Assembly (NCBI GenBank): GCA_903908245.1
Contig: CAIVRE010000009.1
Span: forward strand, 677 to 64,676
DNA from: Candidatus Omnitrophota bacterium
GTDB taxonomy: Bacteria > Omnitrophota > Gorgyraeia > Zapsychrales > Fredricksoniimonadaceae
DNA: 64,000 nt
Reading direction: 5' to 3'
Shown here in pieces: positions 47,820-56,373 of the stretch (its first letter is position 1; each line of letters begins with the position of its first letter). The translations under genes and the position numbers were made by a program. A model generated the notes under the pieces. The model was not told the origin of the DNA. It did not search any database and saw only the letters and a program-made list of their open reading frames with translations.

Positions 47820-49462
47820 TAGTTTTTCACTGCAGCAAGCTGATCGCTTTCATAAAGGCACTGCAAGATCTCGAGTTCGTCACGGTCGAACCACACCCGT
47901 GCACAAATCTTGCATTTATCGACTTCAACCGGATATTTCGGATTAATGAACCGGCGTGTCATCTTCTGACGGACATCCAGGCATGACGGACAAACAATGC
48001 TCTTCTGGTCATAGATCTGGTCGAAAGGATTGCTCCGCAAAACCACGACCTGTTCACGGGTCATCCGTGCCAGATCCCTGATCCGCTCATCAAACTGCAC
48101 TTCTTTCGTAGCCACAATGTGAAGCACATCCATCTCCCCGACCAAAGCCCCCTGACAGGAGGGACATTTCTTTATCTGAACCCCCTCATAAACAGCAGGA
48201 ACAAGCATAGACTGACACCGGGGGCACTGGTCCTTGGCCGCCGGAATAACGGGCTTACCGAAAACCAATGACGCGTTCCCCGGGCCAACAGGCATCCCCA
48301 GGCCTCCTGGGACAGGAAGAGGAACAGGGACAGGTATAGCCGGAATGTCTCCCAATGTCGCGGAAGTTTGCGCCGCTGGACCAGGATGAAGCGTCTCAAA
48401 GCGGGACTTGGCCCTATTGAGCGCATTATCCAAGTCGGCCTCTTTGGCGTGAGCCATATCCAGTAAAATGCCGACACGCTTCTTGATCGGAGGATGGGTC
48501 GAGAACAGATCCGAGAACAGATCCTCATTATCATCATACGCGCTCTGACGGGGGCTCAAAATAAAGATCGCGTCCATGTTCTCACCCGGGATACCGGCGC
48601 CTTTCCAGCGCTGATCAATAATATGCAGGGCTTCCGCCAATGCCAGGGGATTGCGCGTCAATTGAACAGCCATGGCATCCGCGCGGTATTCCCTCTGACG
48701 GGAAATGAACAAAGACCCCAGATACCCGATGAACTTAAGCGCCAGCGCGATCAGAAAAACGATCAGCAGCAGAACAACAAAAGAACCGCCACTATCACGC
48801 CGGGAAGAAGAACGGCTTCCGCCGGAGATATTTCCGTAAAAAAGCATCCGCCGCGAAATATCACAAATAGTATCAAAAGCCTTGAATACAACGCTGGTGA
48901 CCGTGGTTTCCAGGCAGTCCCCGGTCGCGATATGCCCCGCTTCGTGCGCGACCACGGCTTCCAGTTGCTCCCGGTTAAGGCGCTTAAGAAGGCCTTCCGT
49001 GATCCCTATGACCGAACGCCCCTGAAAATCCTGCAGGGCAAAAGCGTTCATCGCCGCTGTAGGGATAAGATACGCCTCGATCCGGTACTTTCCGCCGGTA
49101 GCAACGGATGCCTCCTCGACAACATTCCGGAATACCCGTTCATCGTCTTTCTGGGGATCCGCAATGCGGCCGGACATATACTGGAGGGTTTTGTCGATCA
49201 GGGCATCGGTGGACGCGAACCAATGCACCGCGCTGAGAACAAGAGCGCCCCCCATGGTCCACGAAATGGTCGGCAGGTCCAATAAGCTTAAAGGGGAGAT
49301 TCTCAGCCCGTCGAACCGGTCATGGACCGAGTTAAAAAGGTAATACTTGACCACCCAGACGATCAGCAAAGCCCCCAGGACATAAAGAACTACAAGGAAA
49401 GCCAGCGACCATTGGATTGAGCGGGACTTGCTTTGCTCGATCTCAACGAAAGAGTAGGGCAT
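47819..49462 (-). CDS. HtpX-like M48 zinc metalloprotease with two C-terminal Zn-ribbon modules
   Basis: NAFA, AHEAGH, SRQREYRADA and STHPP motifs. C-terminal CPRC..CPSC and CPSC..CKIC..WFD. Confidence 0.88.
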   Translation of the reverse strand: MPYSFVEIEQSKSRSIQWSLAFLVVLYVLGALLIVWVVKYYLFNSVHDRFDGLRISPLSLLDLPTISWTMGGALVLSAVHWFASTDALIDKTLQYMSGRIADPQKDDERVFRNVVEEASVATGGKYRIEAYLIPTAAMNAFALQDFQGRSVIGITEGLLKRLNREQLEAVVAHEAGHIATGDCLETTVTSVVFKAFDTICDISRRMLFYGNISGGSRSSSRRDSGGSFVVLLLIVFLIALALKFIGYLGSLFISRQREYRADAMAVQLTRNPLALAEALHIIDQRWKGAGIPGENMDAIFILSPRQSAYDDNEDLFSDLFSTHPPIKKRVGILLDMAHAKEADLDNALNRAKSRFETLHPGPAAQTSATLGDIPAIPVPVPLPVPGGLGMPVGPGNASLVFGKPVIPAAKDQCPRCQSMLVPAVYEGVQIKKCPSCQGALVGEMDVLHIVATKEVQFDERIRDLARMTREQVVVLRSNPFDQIYDQKSIVCPSCLDVRQKMTRRFINPKYPVEVDKCKICARVWFDRDELEILQCLYESDQLAAVKN

Positions 49463-49463
49463 T

Positions 49464-50018
49464 TTAAAATTTTACTTGTGGAACATTCCGCTCGGCGACA
49501 TCATCAAGCTTGAAAAATTCTGCGGGCTGGAACGCGAACTGCCCGGCGATAATACTATTAGGGAAAGTCTGGATCGCCGTATTATAACGGCTGACCTCGT
49601 CATTATAATATTGCCGGGCGAACCCGATCTTGTTCTCGGTCGTGGTAAGCTCTTCCTGAAGGCGCAACATGGTCTGGTCGGCCTTAAGGTTCGGATAATT
49701 CTCCGCCACCGCCATCAAACTGCGCAATGTCGAGGTGAGCATATTCTCGGCCGCCAGCTTGTCCTGGATCGAGCTTGCGTCCACCGCCATCTGACGCGCT
49801 TTTGTCACACTCTCCAAAGTGCCGCGTTCATGGGTCATGTACCCCTTGGCCGTTTCTACCAGATTCGGGATAAGATCATGCCGGCGTTTAAGCTGGACAT
49901 CGATCTGTGACCAGGCATTTTGAAATGACACACGCATCTGAACCAGCGCATTGTACATCCCGACAACCATCATAACAACGACAACCACGACGCCAAGAAC
50001 GATCAATAGTGGTACCAT
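49464..50018 (-). CDS. lemA: LemA family protein
   Basis: WSQIDVQLKRRHDLIPNLV, ENYPNLKA and ENKI..ARQYYN motifs. Confidence 0.95.
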   Translation of the reverse strand: MVPLLIVLGVVVVVVMMVVGMYNALVQMRVSFQNAWSQIDVQLKRRHDLIPNLVETAKGYMTHERGTLESVTKARQMAVDASSIQDKLAAENMLTSTLRSLMAVAENYPNLKADQTMLRLQEELTTTENKIGFARQYYNDEVSRYNTAIQTFPNSIIAGQFAFQPAEFFKLDDVAERNVPQVKF

Positions 50019-50047
50019 TTTAACGCCCCCCTCGAATAATTTTGCCC

Positions 50048-50449
50048 TTACCTGATACGCCCGATCTCCCGCTCCAACTGGCGGCGGTACCCTTTATGGA
50101 ACACCTCTTCAAAATCATACCCATTGCGGAAACTGTCGAATGTATCGTCATCCTGCTTTGCCAGAAGCTGATGGGAAACCATATTAAACACAATATGGCC
50201 AAAATCCTCCGTACTCTTAACCCCCCAGTGATGCAGGACATTCAAGGCCAGCGGACCGAACTTCCTGACCGTCATATCCTTGATCCCCGTCAAAAGCTGG
50301 TCTCCTGTCACATGACGCTCTTTCTTGAACCGGCGCTGCGTATAATGAAGGGCTTCCATAACGAATTCATAGGCCCCTTCCTTATAACGAGGGTCCTGTT
50401 CACAAACTTTCTCAACTTTATCGTAGAATCTCTGATCCATAAAAAGCAT
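50048..50449 (-). CDS. Planctomycete/Verrucomicrobia-restricted conserved protein (Minf_1886-like)
   Basis: DPRY...AYEFV..AL, HVTG..L, FGPLA..VL..WGV..T.DFG.IVFNMV motifs. Confidence 0.85.
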   Translation of the reverse strand: MLFMDQRFYDKVEKVCEQDPRYKEGAYEFVMEALHYTQRRFKKERHVTGDQLLTGIKDMTVRKFGPLALNVLHHWGVKSTEDFGHIVFNMVSHQLLAKQDDDTFDSFRNGYDFEEVFHKGYRRQLEREIGRIR

Positions 50450-50491
50450 TGTACCACAAGATCCCTGGAATTAAAGCGACACGATGGGAAC

Positions 50492-53400
50492 TTAATTAAC
50501 GCCCGCTCCAAAGAACCGGGGAAAACTTTCCAACGGCTTTATACTATATATGACAGGGGTCAATCCCGGGGCATCCTGATAAACTTTAAGCTCTTCAGGG
50601 CTGATGTTGAAATAAAAACCACCAGCCTGTCCCTGGACCTTCATATCCATCGTCCCGGCGCCAAGGTCAATACCGCCCTTCTCGGCCTCATCCAACGGCG
50701 CATCAACACGAATGGACTCAGCCTCAGGCCCAAACCCGGGAAGGTCCAGCTGGAGATAACGGGTCGGATTATCCGCGCTGTCTTTTAACGGATATAAGCG
50801 CTGAAGGGCTCCCTCGGCATCCTTCAAAGACACCCCCCACCATTCCTCCAAAAGCTCCTCATCCCCGGGCTTAACCCCATCTTCCGGGATCTCCTCCCCC
50901 CTGAAAATAGTCCAGGACGGAACACTCCTGAAGCCCATCTTATATAATATTTTCCCGGATCGATGGCTGACCGGATTGGCCGCCACATCCGCATTGATCC
51001 CCATTACCGCAGAACGGGATACCGCCTCTTCCAGCGTCTTCAAGAACAATATCTCTCCCAAACGCTTCCCCCTGAGATCAGGGACAACTTCCAGCAGGGA
51101 CAAGACATACCTCTCCTCAACATACCCGCGCCTAGAAGGAAGGCCTCCCCAAAGATGCGACAACGAGAGGCCGACCAAACTTCCGCCGGAACGCACCTCA
51201 ACAAGGAACGCGCCCGGGGCATGGGCTTTGATCCTCCAGAATTCAATATTCAAACTCCCGAAATCTTTATTGATGGCAAGCCACTCCGACACCATCTTTT
51301 CGATCTGCTCCTCGCCATCGATCGGCCTCATCGAAAACTTCTCGCCGGAGGCCATCGTGATATCAACAACCCCATTCTCTTTCTTTTCAACCGAGACCGA
51401 TGCGGCAGGATCAACGCTCTCCGCCGGACGCCAGCTCAAAAGCGATAACTGCGCGTCAAAACGGCCTTTCGATGCCTTTAAAATGTGCTCCCTGAAGCCT
51501 GCCTGCATGACAGCTGATCCAAACGGCGGCGTAGTTGCGACAAACTCCTCTAATCGGGGCAATCCTTTATGCTTGCGGGAAATCTGTTTGTAAAGGACTA
51601 CAAAATCCCTCATCTTCTGCAATTCCCGATTCGCAATGTTTGTCAACGGCTTGCCGTCCATGACCAGATCCATACTTGAACGGAACAAGGGGAACTCGTC
51701 GATCCATCGTTGAAGGTCCTGTGCCGCCATACCTTCCGGCGACCCTGGCCTTGAGGTGTCACAGAAGTTCTTCACTCGGATATCACCGATGATCCTGGAG
51801 AACAACTCCACGGCAAAAAGCGGATTAACAATATCCGTAACTTTCACAAACCTGACCTCGGGAGGCAACGCCTTCAAAAATCCTCCAAGAATGCCCTCTC
51901 CCTGCAGATCCGCATTGATATCTACCCTGTTTATCTGGATCCCGAACTCGCCGGGCCTTAAACCAAACCCATGATCAAGCCATTTCAGCCGATGGATGGA
52001 CCCCGCGGATCCGCCTGACACTCCATCGGACCCAACCGGTTTAATGACAAAACTTCGAAACTCCATCCCCTCCCTGCCCGGATCTTCCTGCAAACGGTAC
52101 GTCCGGCCTTTTTTATCCTCAAACACTAACTTTTCCAGACTATTCACCGTCATCGCACGATCCCCCGCCCTTCGCAATGATAATGAAAAGAAAGGCACTT
52201 TTCTGAGCGGCTCGGCCAATACCGCCAAAGCTTTTAAGCCGGCGTCTCCATCGAAAGCTCCGGCGGCGTACTTGTACGAAAGCCAGTCAAGATAAGAAGC
52301 CATTGGAACTGTCGCCGGGCTTGTATCCCATGAGACAGGCGCGGGGACCTCCAGCGACCGGGCTCGCCACCCCTCAAAGATATCCAGCCCTACACCCAGA
52401 TAAAAACGTAATGTCCTGACCGGATCACCGCCAACTGCCGTTGCGAATATCTGCACGACCGGCACACGGACCTCCCGCACTCCGCTCGCTTTCACTACAG
52501 CGGCCCTGTACACCTCATACAATTCCCGTGCTGAAAATTTCCTTGCGTCCCCTCGGAACTCGGGAAGAAGGTCAAAGGCAAGATCCGGCGGAAATCCATC
52601 AAGCTTCTCATCAATGCCATACGCCACCAACTGTTCTTGCACTGCGGTCTCCCTGCTGCGGCCATGTCCCGTAAAATACATCAAAGACAACGTCCTCTGT
52701 GCGGCGTACGGACTGAATACCGGAAGGCGCACAAGCCGGACCGTTCCCCCCGTTACCATAATTCTTGCTTCCAAGACCTTCTTTCCGCGTGCCAAAGCGG
52801 TCCGAACAGCCGTAAAATAACCGCGCGCGAACCTACTCCCCAAAGCAGGGGTTGTCTCGCGATATGCCAAAGACCGGATATACACTTCGAACCCGGAGAC
52901 CGCCTTGCCGGCATCTTTTGGCGTTAGCGAATTAAAATTGATCCGTTTTGATAATAAAATAAGCCGCTCGACCCGTTTCTGCCTGAAACCCGCCGAACCC
53001 GCTGATGCCTCTTCTTTTTCCTTCTGATAATCCTGAAATGTCACCCCTTGCGGACCCGAAGGCTCCTGAATGCTTTGGGAAGGATCAGCCAAAAGCAGGT
53101 CAGCAGCCTCTGCCTTCTGCGCCTCACCACTTAATTCCCCAAGGCGAAGCATCTGCCTGGAAAGAATATCCGCAACCTGCCCGTAGTGATCCCCAAGGTC
53201 TCTTCGCCTTCCTTTGACATAAAAAGCGGAAATACGGGATATGATCCCGTTCGCCCTGCCGATCTCCGCGATGACCGTTTCGATCGCGTCAAAACCATAT
53301 TGTCCCCTAAGCCTCTCCCGCTCATTCTCATCTTTATCCTGGGCACCGCGCAAACCGTAAGCTCGCTCCACCTGCGATGCCTGCTCCAACAGGCTCCCCA

Positions 53401-55183
53401 GCCTCCGGCCTAACCCCGGGACCACCTGATCGAGAAGATCCAGGTTATACCCGATGATCGATCCATTGGTTGGTAACCACGAAAGAGCCATCCCGCTGAT
53501 AAAAGTACGGCCAAATAATGTTTGACGGAGCTGCGAATTCGCAAGGCCGCCCCACCCGGACTCGGGACCGGTCTGCCTCAAAAGATTCAACGTCTCCGGC
53601 TCTTCCACACGGCTGTAAACCACCCGCCCTGCCTTAGGCTGAAGCTGCCCCATGAATGTTTTAAAAAGGCCTCCCTGCAAGCCCAACCTTTTGAAATATG
53701 CCCGCTTGATGGTCAGATCAGTGATGATGTCCCCAGGCATCGGCTTTTCATACTCCAGGGACAATACCTCCGGATCAACTTCAGTAACCTCCCCCTCAAA
53801 ATGCACCTGCCCCTTGGCAACCACCGTAAGCACAAAAACATCCCCAATACGCGTCCTGCTCTCTTCTTCGGATAACCGGCTGTAACGAGCCTCAAAAAGC
53901 ATCTCTTTCTCTTTAACCCGCATCATAAATGAATGTGTGACTCTCGGGCGGGTCGCAGTGATCCTGCGAATATTGGCCTCGATATCAAGAACGTTTTCAG
54001 GCTTTATTGCTTCAACGAAATTCCCCGGCGGGCCAGCCCAACCCGCTGGCCTGGCCAAAGAAGAGACCACCACACACCTGTCGGGAATGAATTTCCCCCC
54101 GTTAAGAATATCCTCAACCTGCAAGACACGCATTGAACTGTCCGACAGGACGATCCCGCCGGAAAAATATTTACGCGGCAGGACATCTCCGGAATATCCG
54201 TCTTTTTCCTCCTTGATAAAATTAAAAACCCCCTTGCGAAATGATTCCAGATACTGCTCGTAAACCCTCTGAGGAGCATCCGGCTCCCCCGTATCCACCC
54301 CCGCGATCTTGTTCTTGTCAACATAGATAGATGCCGCGATCGAATCCTTAAGCTTCTTTTTATACCAGGCCGCAAGAATAAATGAATGATACACCTGCCG
54401 CAGGCGCGAGAAATGTTCTCCTTCATTGACCTCTTTCTCCAGCGCCGGGATAACAATATCCCGCATGACCTGATTGGCCAGGCCATCAACATTCGCCGGA
54501 TCCCCGCCCGTCTCTGCAACGGTCTTCCTGGAAAGCGCCAGGTAATCCACCTCCAGCATGACCTTTAGCCTCGCGCCGACAACCAATGCGGCCGCCGATC
54601 CTTTCGCCGCATCCGGCTTCTCGTTCACCGTCACCTCTGACGGAACGATCCACACCCGATGCCGGGTATCGACCGGAATATCCGTTGTCCCGAACTTCGC
54701 TTGCGCCTGACGGTATACCTCGTCCCAAAATTCCCTGCCCAAAGCCTCATCCGGATTCAATGCCGACGCAGCGATCTGCTTTAAGAGATAATCCTGCTGC
54801 AAAAGATCGCGGCCCATTTCTGTCAGGCCAAACGCCTCGGGGACGATACGGTCTTTTTCTTCAGGAGAAAGGTTAACCCAAAGGTCTTTTTCGGGGATCG
54901 TAAGGGACGCAAGAAAATACTTGATCAATCGTTGCGATTCATCCTGCCAATCATGGCCATCGTCCGGCGTGTCGCCTTTATCCAGAATAAAATCGAACCG
55001 GAACGGCTGATCCGAATAAACACGCACTCCCACAAGCTCCGGAGCGGTAAAAGCCCCGGAAAAATGGACCATCTGTCCTGCCGCAGGTAAAAATTCAGAA
55101 CCCCGGGCCGGAGCTACACCCGTTAAGATGAAGATCCCGGACAAGAATATGGAAAGGCATTTTCTCAACAGCGTCATTCTCAT
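50492..55183 (-). CDS. Bracket-family paralog 4 (1563 aa): signal peptide, conserved N-domain, multi-GNAT-like cargo, conserved C-tail
   Basis: DLWVNLSPEEKDRI and PRKYFSGG. GNAT motif A VVPDLRGKRLG...YKMGF and INADLQGEGI. Tail KGGIDL...GLTPVIYSIKP...F.G. Confidence 0.85.
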   Translation of the reverse strand: MRMTLLRKCLSIFLSGIFILTGVAPARGSEFLPAAGQMVHFSGAFTAPELVGVRVYSDQPFRFDFILDKGDTPDDGHDWQDESQRLIKYFLASLTIPEKDLWVNLSPEEKDRIVPEAFGLTEMGRDLLQQDYLLKQIAASALNPDEALGREFWDEVYRQAQAKFGTTDIPVDTRHRVWIVPSEVTVNEKPDAAKGSAAALVVGARLKVMLEVDYLALSRKTVAETGGDPANVDGLANQVMRDIVIPALEKEVNEGEHFSRLRQVYHSFILAAWYKKKLKDSIAASIYVDKNKIAGVDTGEPDAPQRVYEQYLESFRKGVFNFIKEEKDGYSGDVLPRKYFSGGIVLSDSSMRVLQVEDILNGGKFIPDRCVVVSSLARPAGWAGPPGNFVEAIKPENVLDIEANIRRITATRPRVTHSFMMRVKEKEMLFEARYSRLSEEESRTRIGDVFVLTVVAKGQVHFEGEVTEVDPEVLSLEYEKPMPGDIITDLTIKRAYFKRLGLQGGLFKTFMGQLQPKAGRVVYSRVEEPETLNLLRQTGPESGWGGLANSQLRQTLFGRTFISGMALSWLPTNGSIIGYNLDLLDQVVPGLGRRLGSLLEQASQVERAYGLRGAQDKDENERERLRGQYGFDAIETVIAEIGRANGIISRISAFYVKGRRRDLGDHYGQVADILSRQMLRLGELSGEAQKAEAADLLLADPSQSIQEPSGPQGVTFQDYQKEKEEASAGSAGFRQKRVERLILLSKRINFNSLTPKDAGKAVSGFEVYIRSLAYRETTPALGSRFARGYFTAVRTALARGKKVLEARIMVTGGTVRLVRLPVFSPYAAQRTLSLMYFTGHGRSRETAVQEQLVAYGIDEKLDGFPPDLAFDLLPEFRGDARKFSARELYEVYRAAVVKASGVREVRVPVVQIFATAVGGDPVRTLRFYLGVGLDIFEGWRARSLEVPAPVSWDTSPATVPMASYLDWLSYKYAAGAFDGDAGLKALAVLAEPLRKVPFFSLSLRRAGDRAMTVNSLEKLVFEDKKGRTYRLQEDPGREGMEFRSFVIKPVGSDGVSGGSAGSIHRLKWLDHGFGLRPGEFGIQINRVDINADLQGEGILGGFLKALPPEVRFVKVTDIVNPLFAVELFSRIIGDIRVKNFCDTSRPGSPEGMAAQDLQRWIDEFPLFRSSMDLVMDGKPLTNIANRELQKMRDFVVLYKQISRKHKGLPRLEEFVATTPPFGSAVMQAGFREHILKASKGRFDAQLSLLSWRPAESVDPAASVSVEKKENGVVDITMASGEKFSMRPIDGEEQIEKMVSEWLAINKDFGSLNIEFWRIKAHAPGAFLVEVRSGGSLVGLSLSHLWGGLPSRRGYVEERYVLSLLEVVPDLRGKRLGEILFLKTLEEAVSRSAVMGINADVAANPVSHRSGKILYKMGFRSVPSWTIFRGEEIPEDGVKPGDEELLEEWWGVSLKDAEGALQRLYPLKDSADNPTRYLQLDLPGFGPEAESIRVDAPLDEAEKGGIDLGAGTMDMKVQGQAGGFYFNISPEELKVYQDAPGLTPVIYSIKPLESFPRFFGAGVN

Positions 55184-55254
55184 AAAATACTTATTTAAAA
55201 TGTTTAAAGTACAACATCATAAGTATTTACTATAAAGTATAAGAAAACAAGAGG

Positions 55255-55743
55255 ATGACGCGATTTGTGCGGATAAATCATGCTATAATGCAGACTATGA
55301 AATTACCGGAACGATTATTTGAAAAATCCTATTTTATCCTCTTTGCCTGGCTGTGCCTGGAAGAGCTGGCTGTTCTGTGGACACCTCACTCTGAAGCGTT
55401 CGTCTATTACCACATCCTCGGGGCCTTCCATCCACCGGCCAGGATATTCTACTATCTGGCCATTATGAGGACAGGGATCACCATCATCTGCCTGCCCCCC
55501 CTGTTCAATTACGCCTTTAACAAAAAGAGGGACTGGGCCTGGTTCTTCAAACCTCTCCTGTTCGTAAGGATCGTCCTTGATGTAACGGGCCACAACCACG
55601 AATTCCAGTTCCTGAAGATCCTGTCCCACACCAGCACCTTCCTGCCACTGGCCGCCATCTCCATCTGGATAGGCATCACATTCCTGTCATATAAAGCGCA
55701 CTTCCTCTGCGCATTCCCTGAAAACAAAACCGGGGCACATTAG
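55255..55743 (+). CDS. Hypothetical membrane protein (about 4 TM)
   Basis: Hydrophobic ORF filling the gap, divergent from paralog 4. RBS-like GAGG. Start uncertain. Confidence 0.65.
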   Translation: MTRFVRINHAIMQTMKLPERLFEKSYFILFAWLCLEELAVLWTPHSEAFVYYHILGAFHPPARIFYYLAIMRTGITIICLPPLFNYAFNKKRDWAWFFKPLLFVRIVLDVTGHNHEFQFLKILSHTSTFLPLAAISIWIGITFLSYKAHFLCAFPENKTGAH

Positions 55744-55831
55744 GTCCCCTCTGCACTTTCAGAGGAAGATCCGATGCACCCCGGCCCTTACAACAATACC
55801 TGCTCAATACTTCAACAAACAATACTTCCTT

Positions 55832-56362
55832 TTATTGCCACTTATTCCAGAACAAACGGGCAGGATCAAATTTGTCACGCGGTTTATCTTCGCCTGTCGG
55901 GCAGCCGACAGCAATAACAGCCAAAGGAATAACTTTATCCGGCATGCCAAGAGCCTGTTTTACAAAAGCGACCCTTTCCGGACGGGGATGCGCTGCGGTC
56001 CAGCAGGCGCCAAGCCCCAGCGACTGGGCCGCCAGCAGGATATTCTGCACAGCCGCTGAACAATCCTGCACCCAATAATCAACATCTGTGCCCCCATGCG
56101 CCTGATCCATATCGCTGGCGACAACAATGGCATGCTTCGCTGTCAAGATCATCTTGGCATACGGCAAACCTTCCACCAGCCCATTCAAGATGCTCTCATC
56201 ATCAATAACAATAAAATACCAATGACGGGTATCACGTGACGAGGGAGCGGCCATCCCCGCGCGGACCAGGGTCTCAAGATCTTGACGGGATACCGGCCGC
56301 CCGGTATAGCGGCGGATACTACGACGATTCGCAATAGTTTCAAGAACAGGATTAACTGCCAT
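55832..56362 (-). CDS. Nitroreductase family protein
   Basis: RRSIRRY, AAPSS and QNILLAAQSLGLGACW motifs. Confidence 0.92.
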   Translation of the reverse strand: MAVNPVLETIANRRSIRRYTGRPVSRQDLETLVRAGMAAPSSRDTRHWYFIVIDDESILNGLVEGLPYAKMILTAKHAIVVASDMDQAHGGTDVDYWVQDCSAAVQNILLAAQSLGLGACWTAAHPRPERVAFVKQALGMPDKVIPLAVIAVGCPTGEDKPRDKFDPARLFWNKWQ

Positions 56363-56373
56363 AAAAACTCCGT

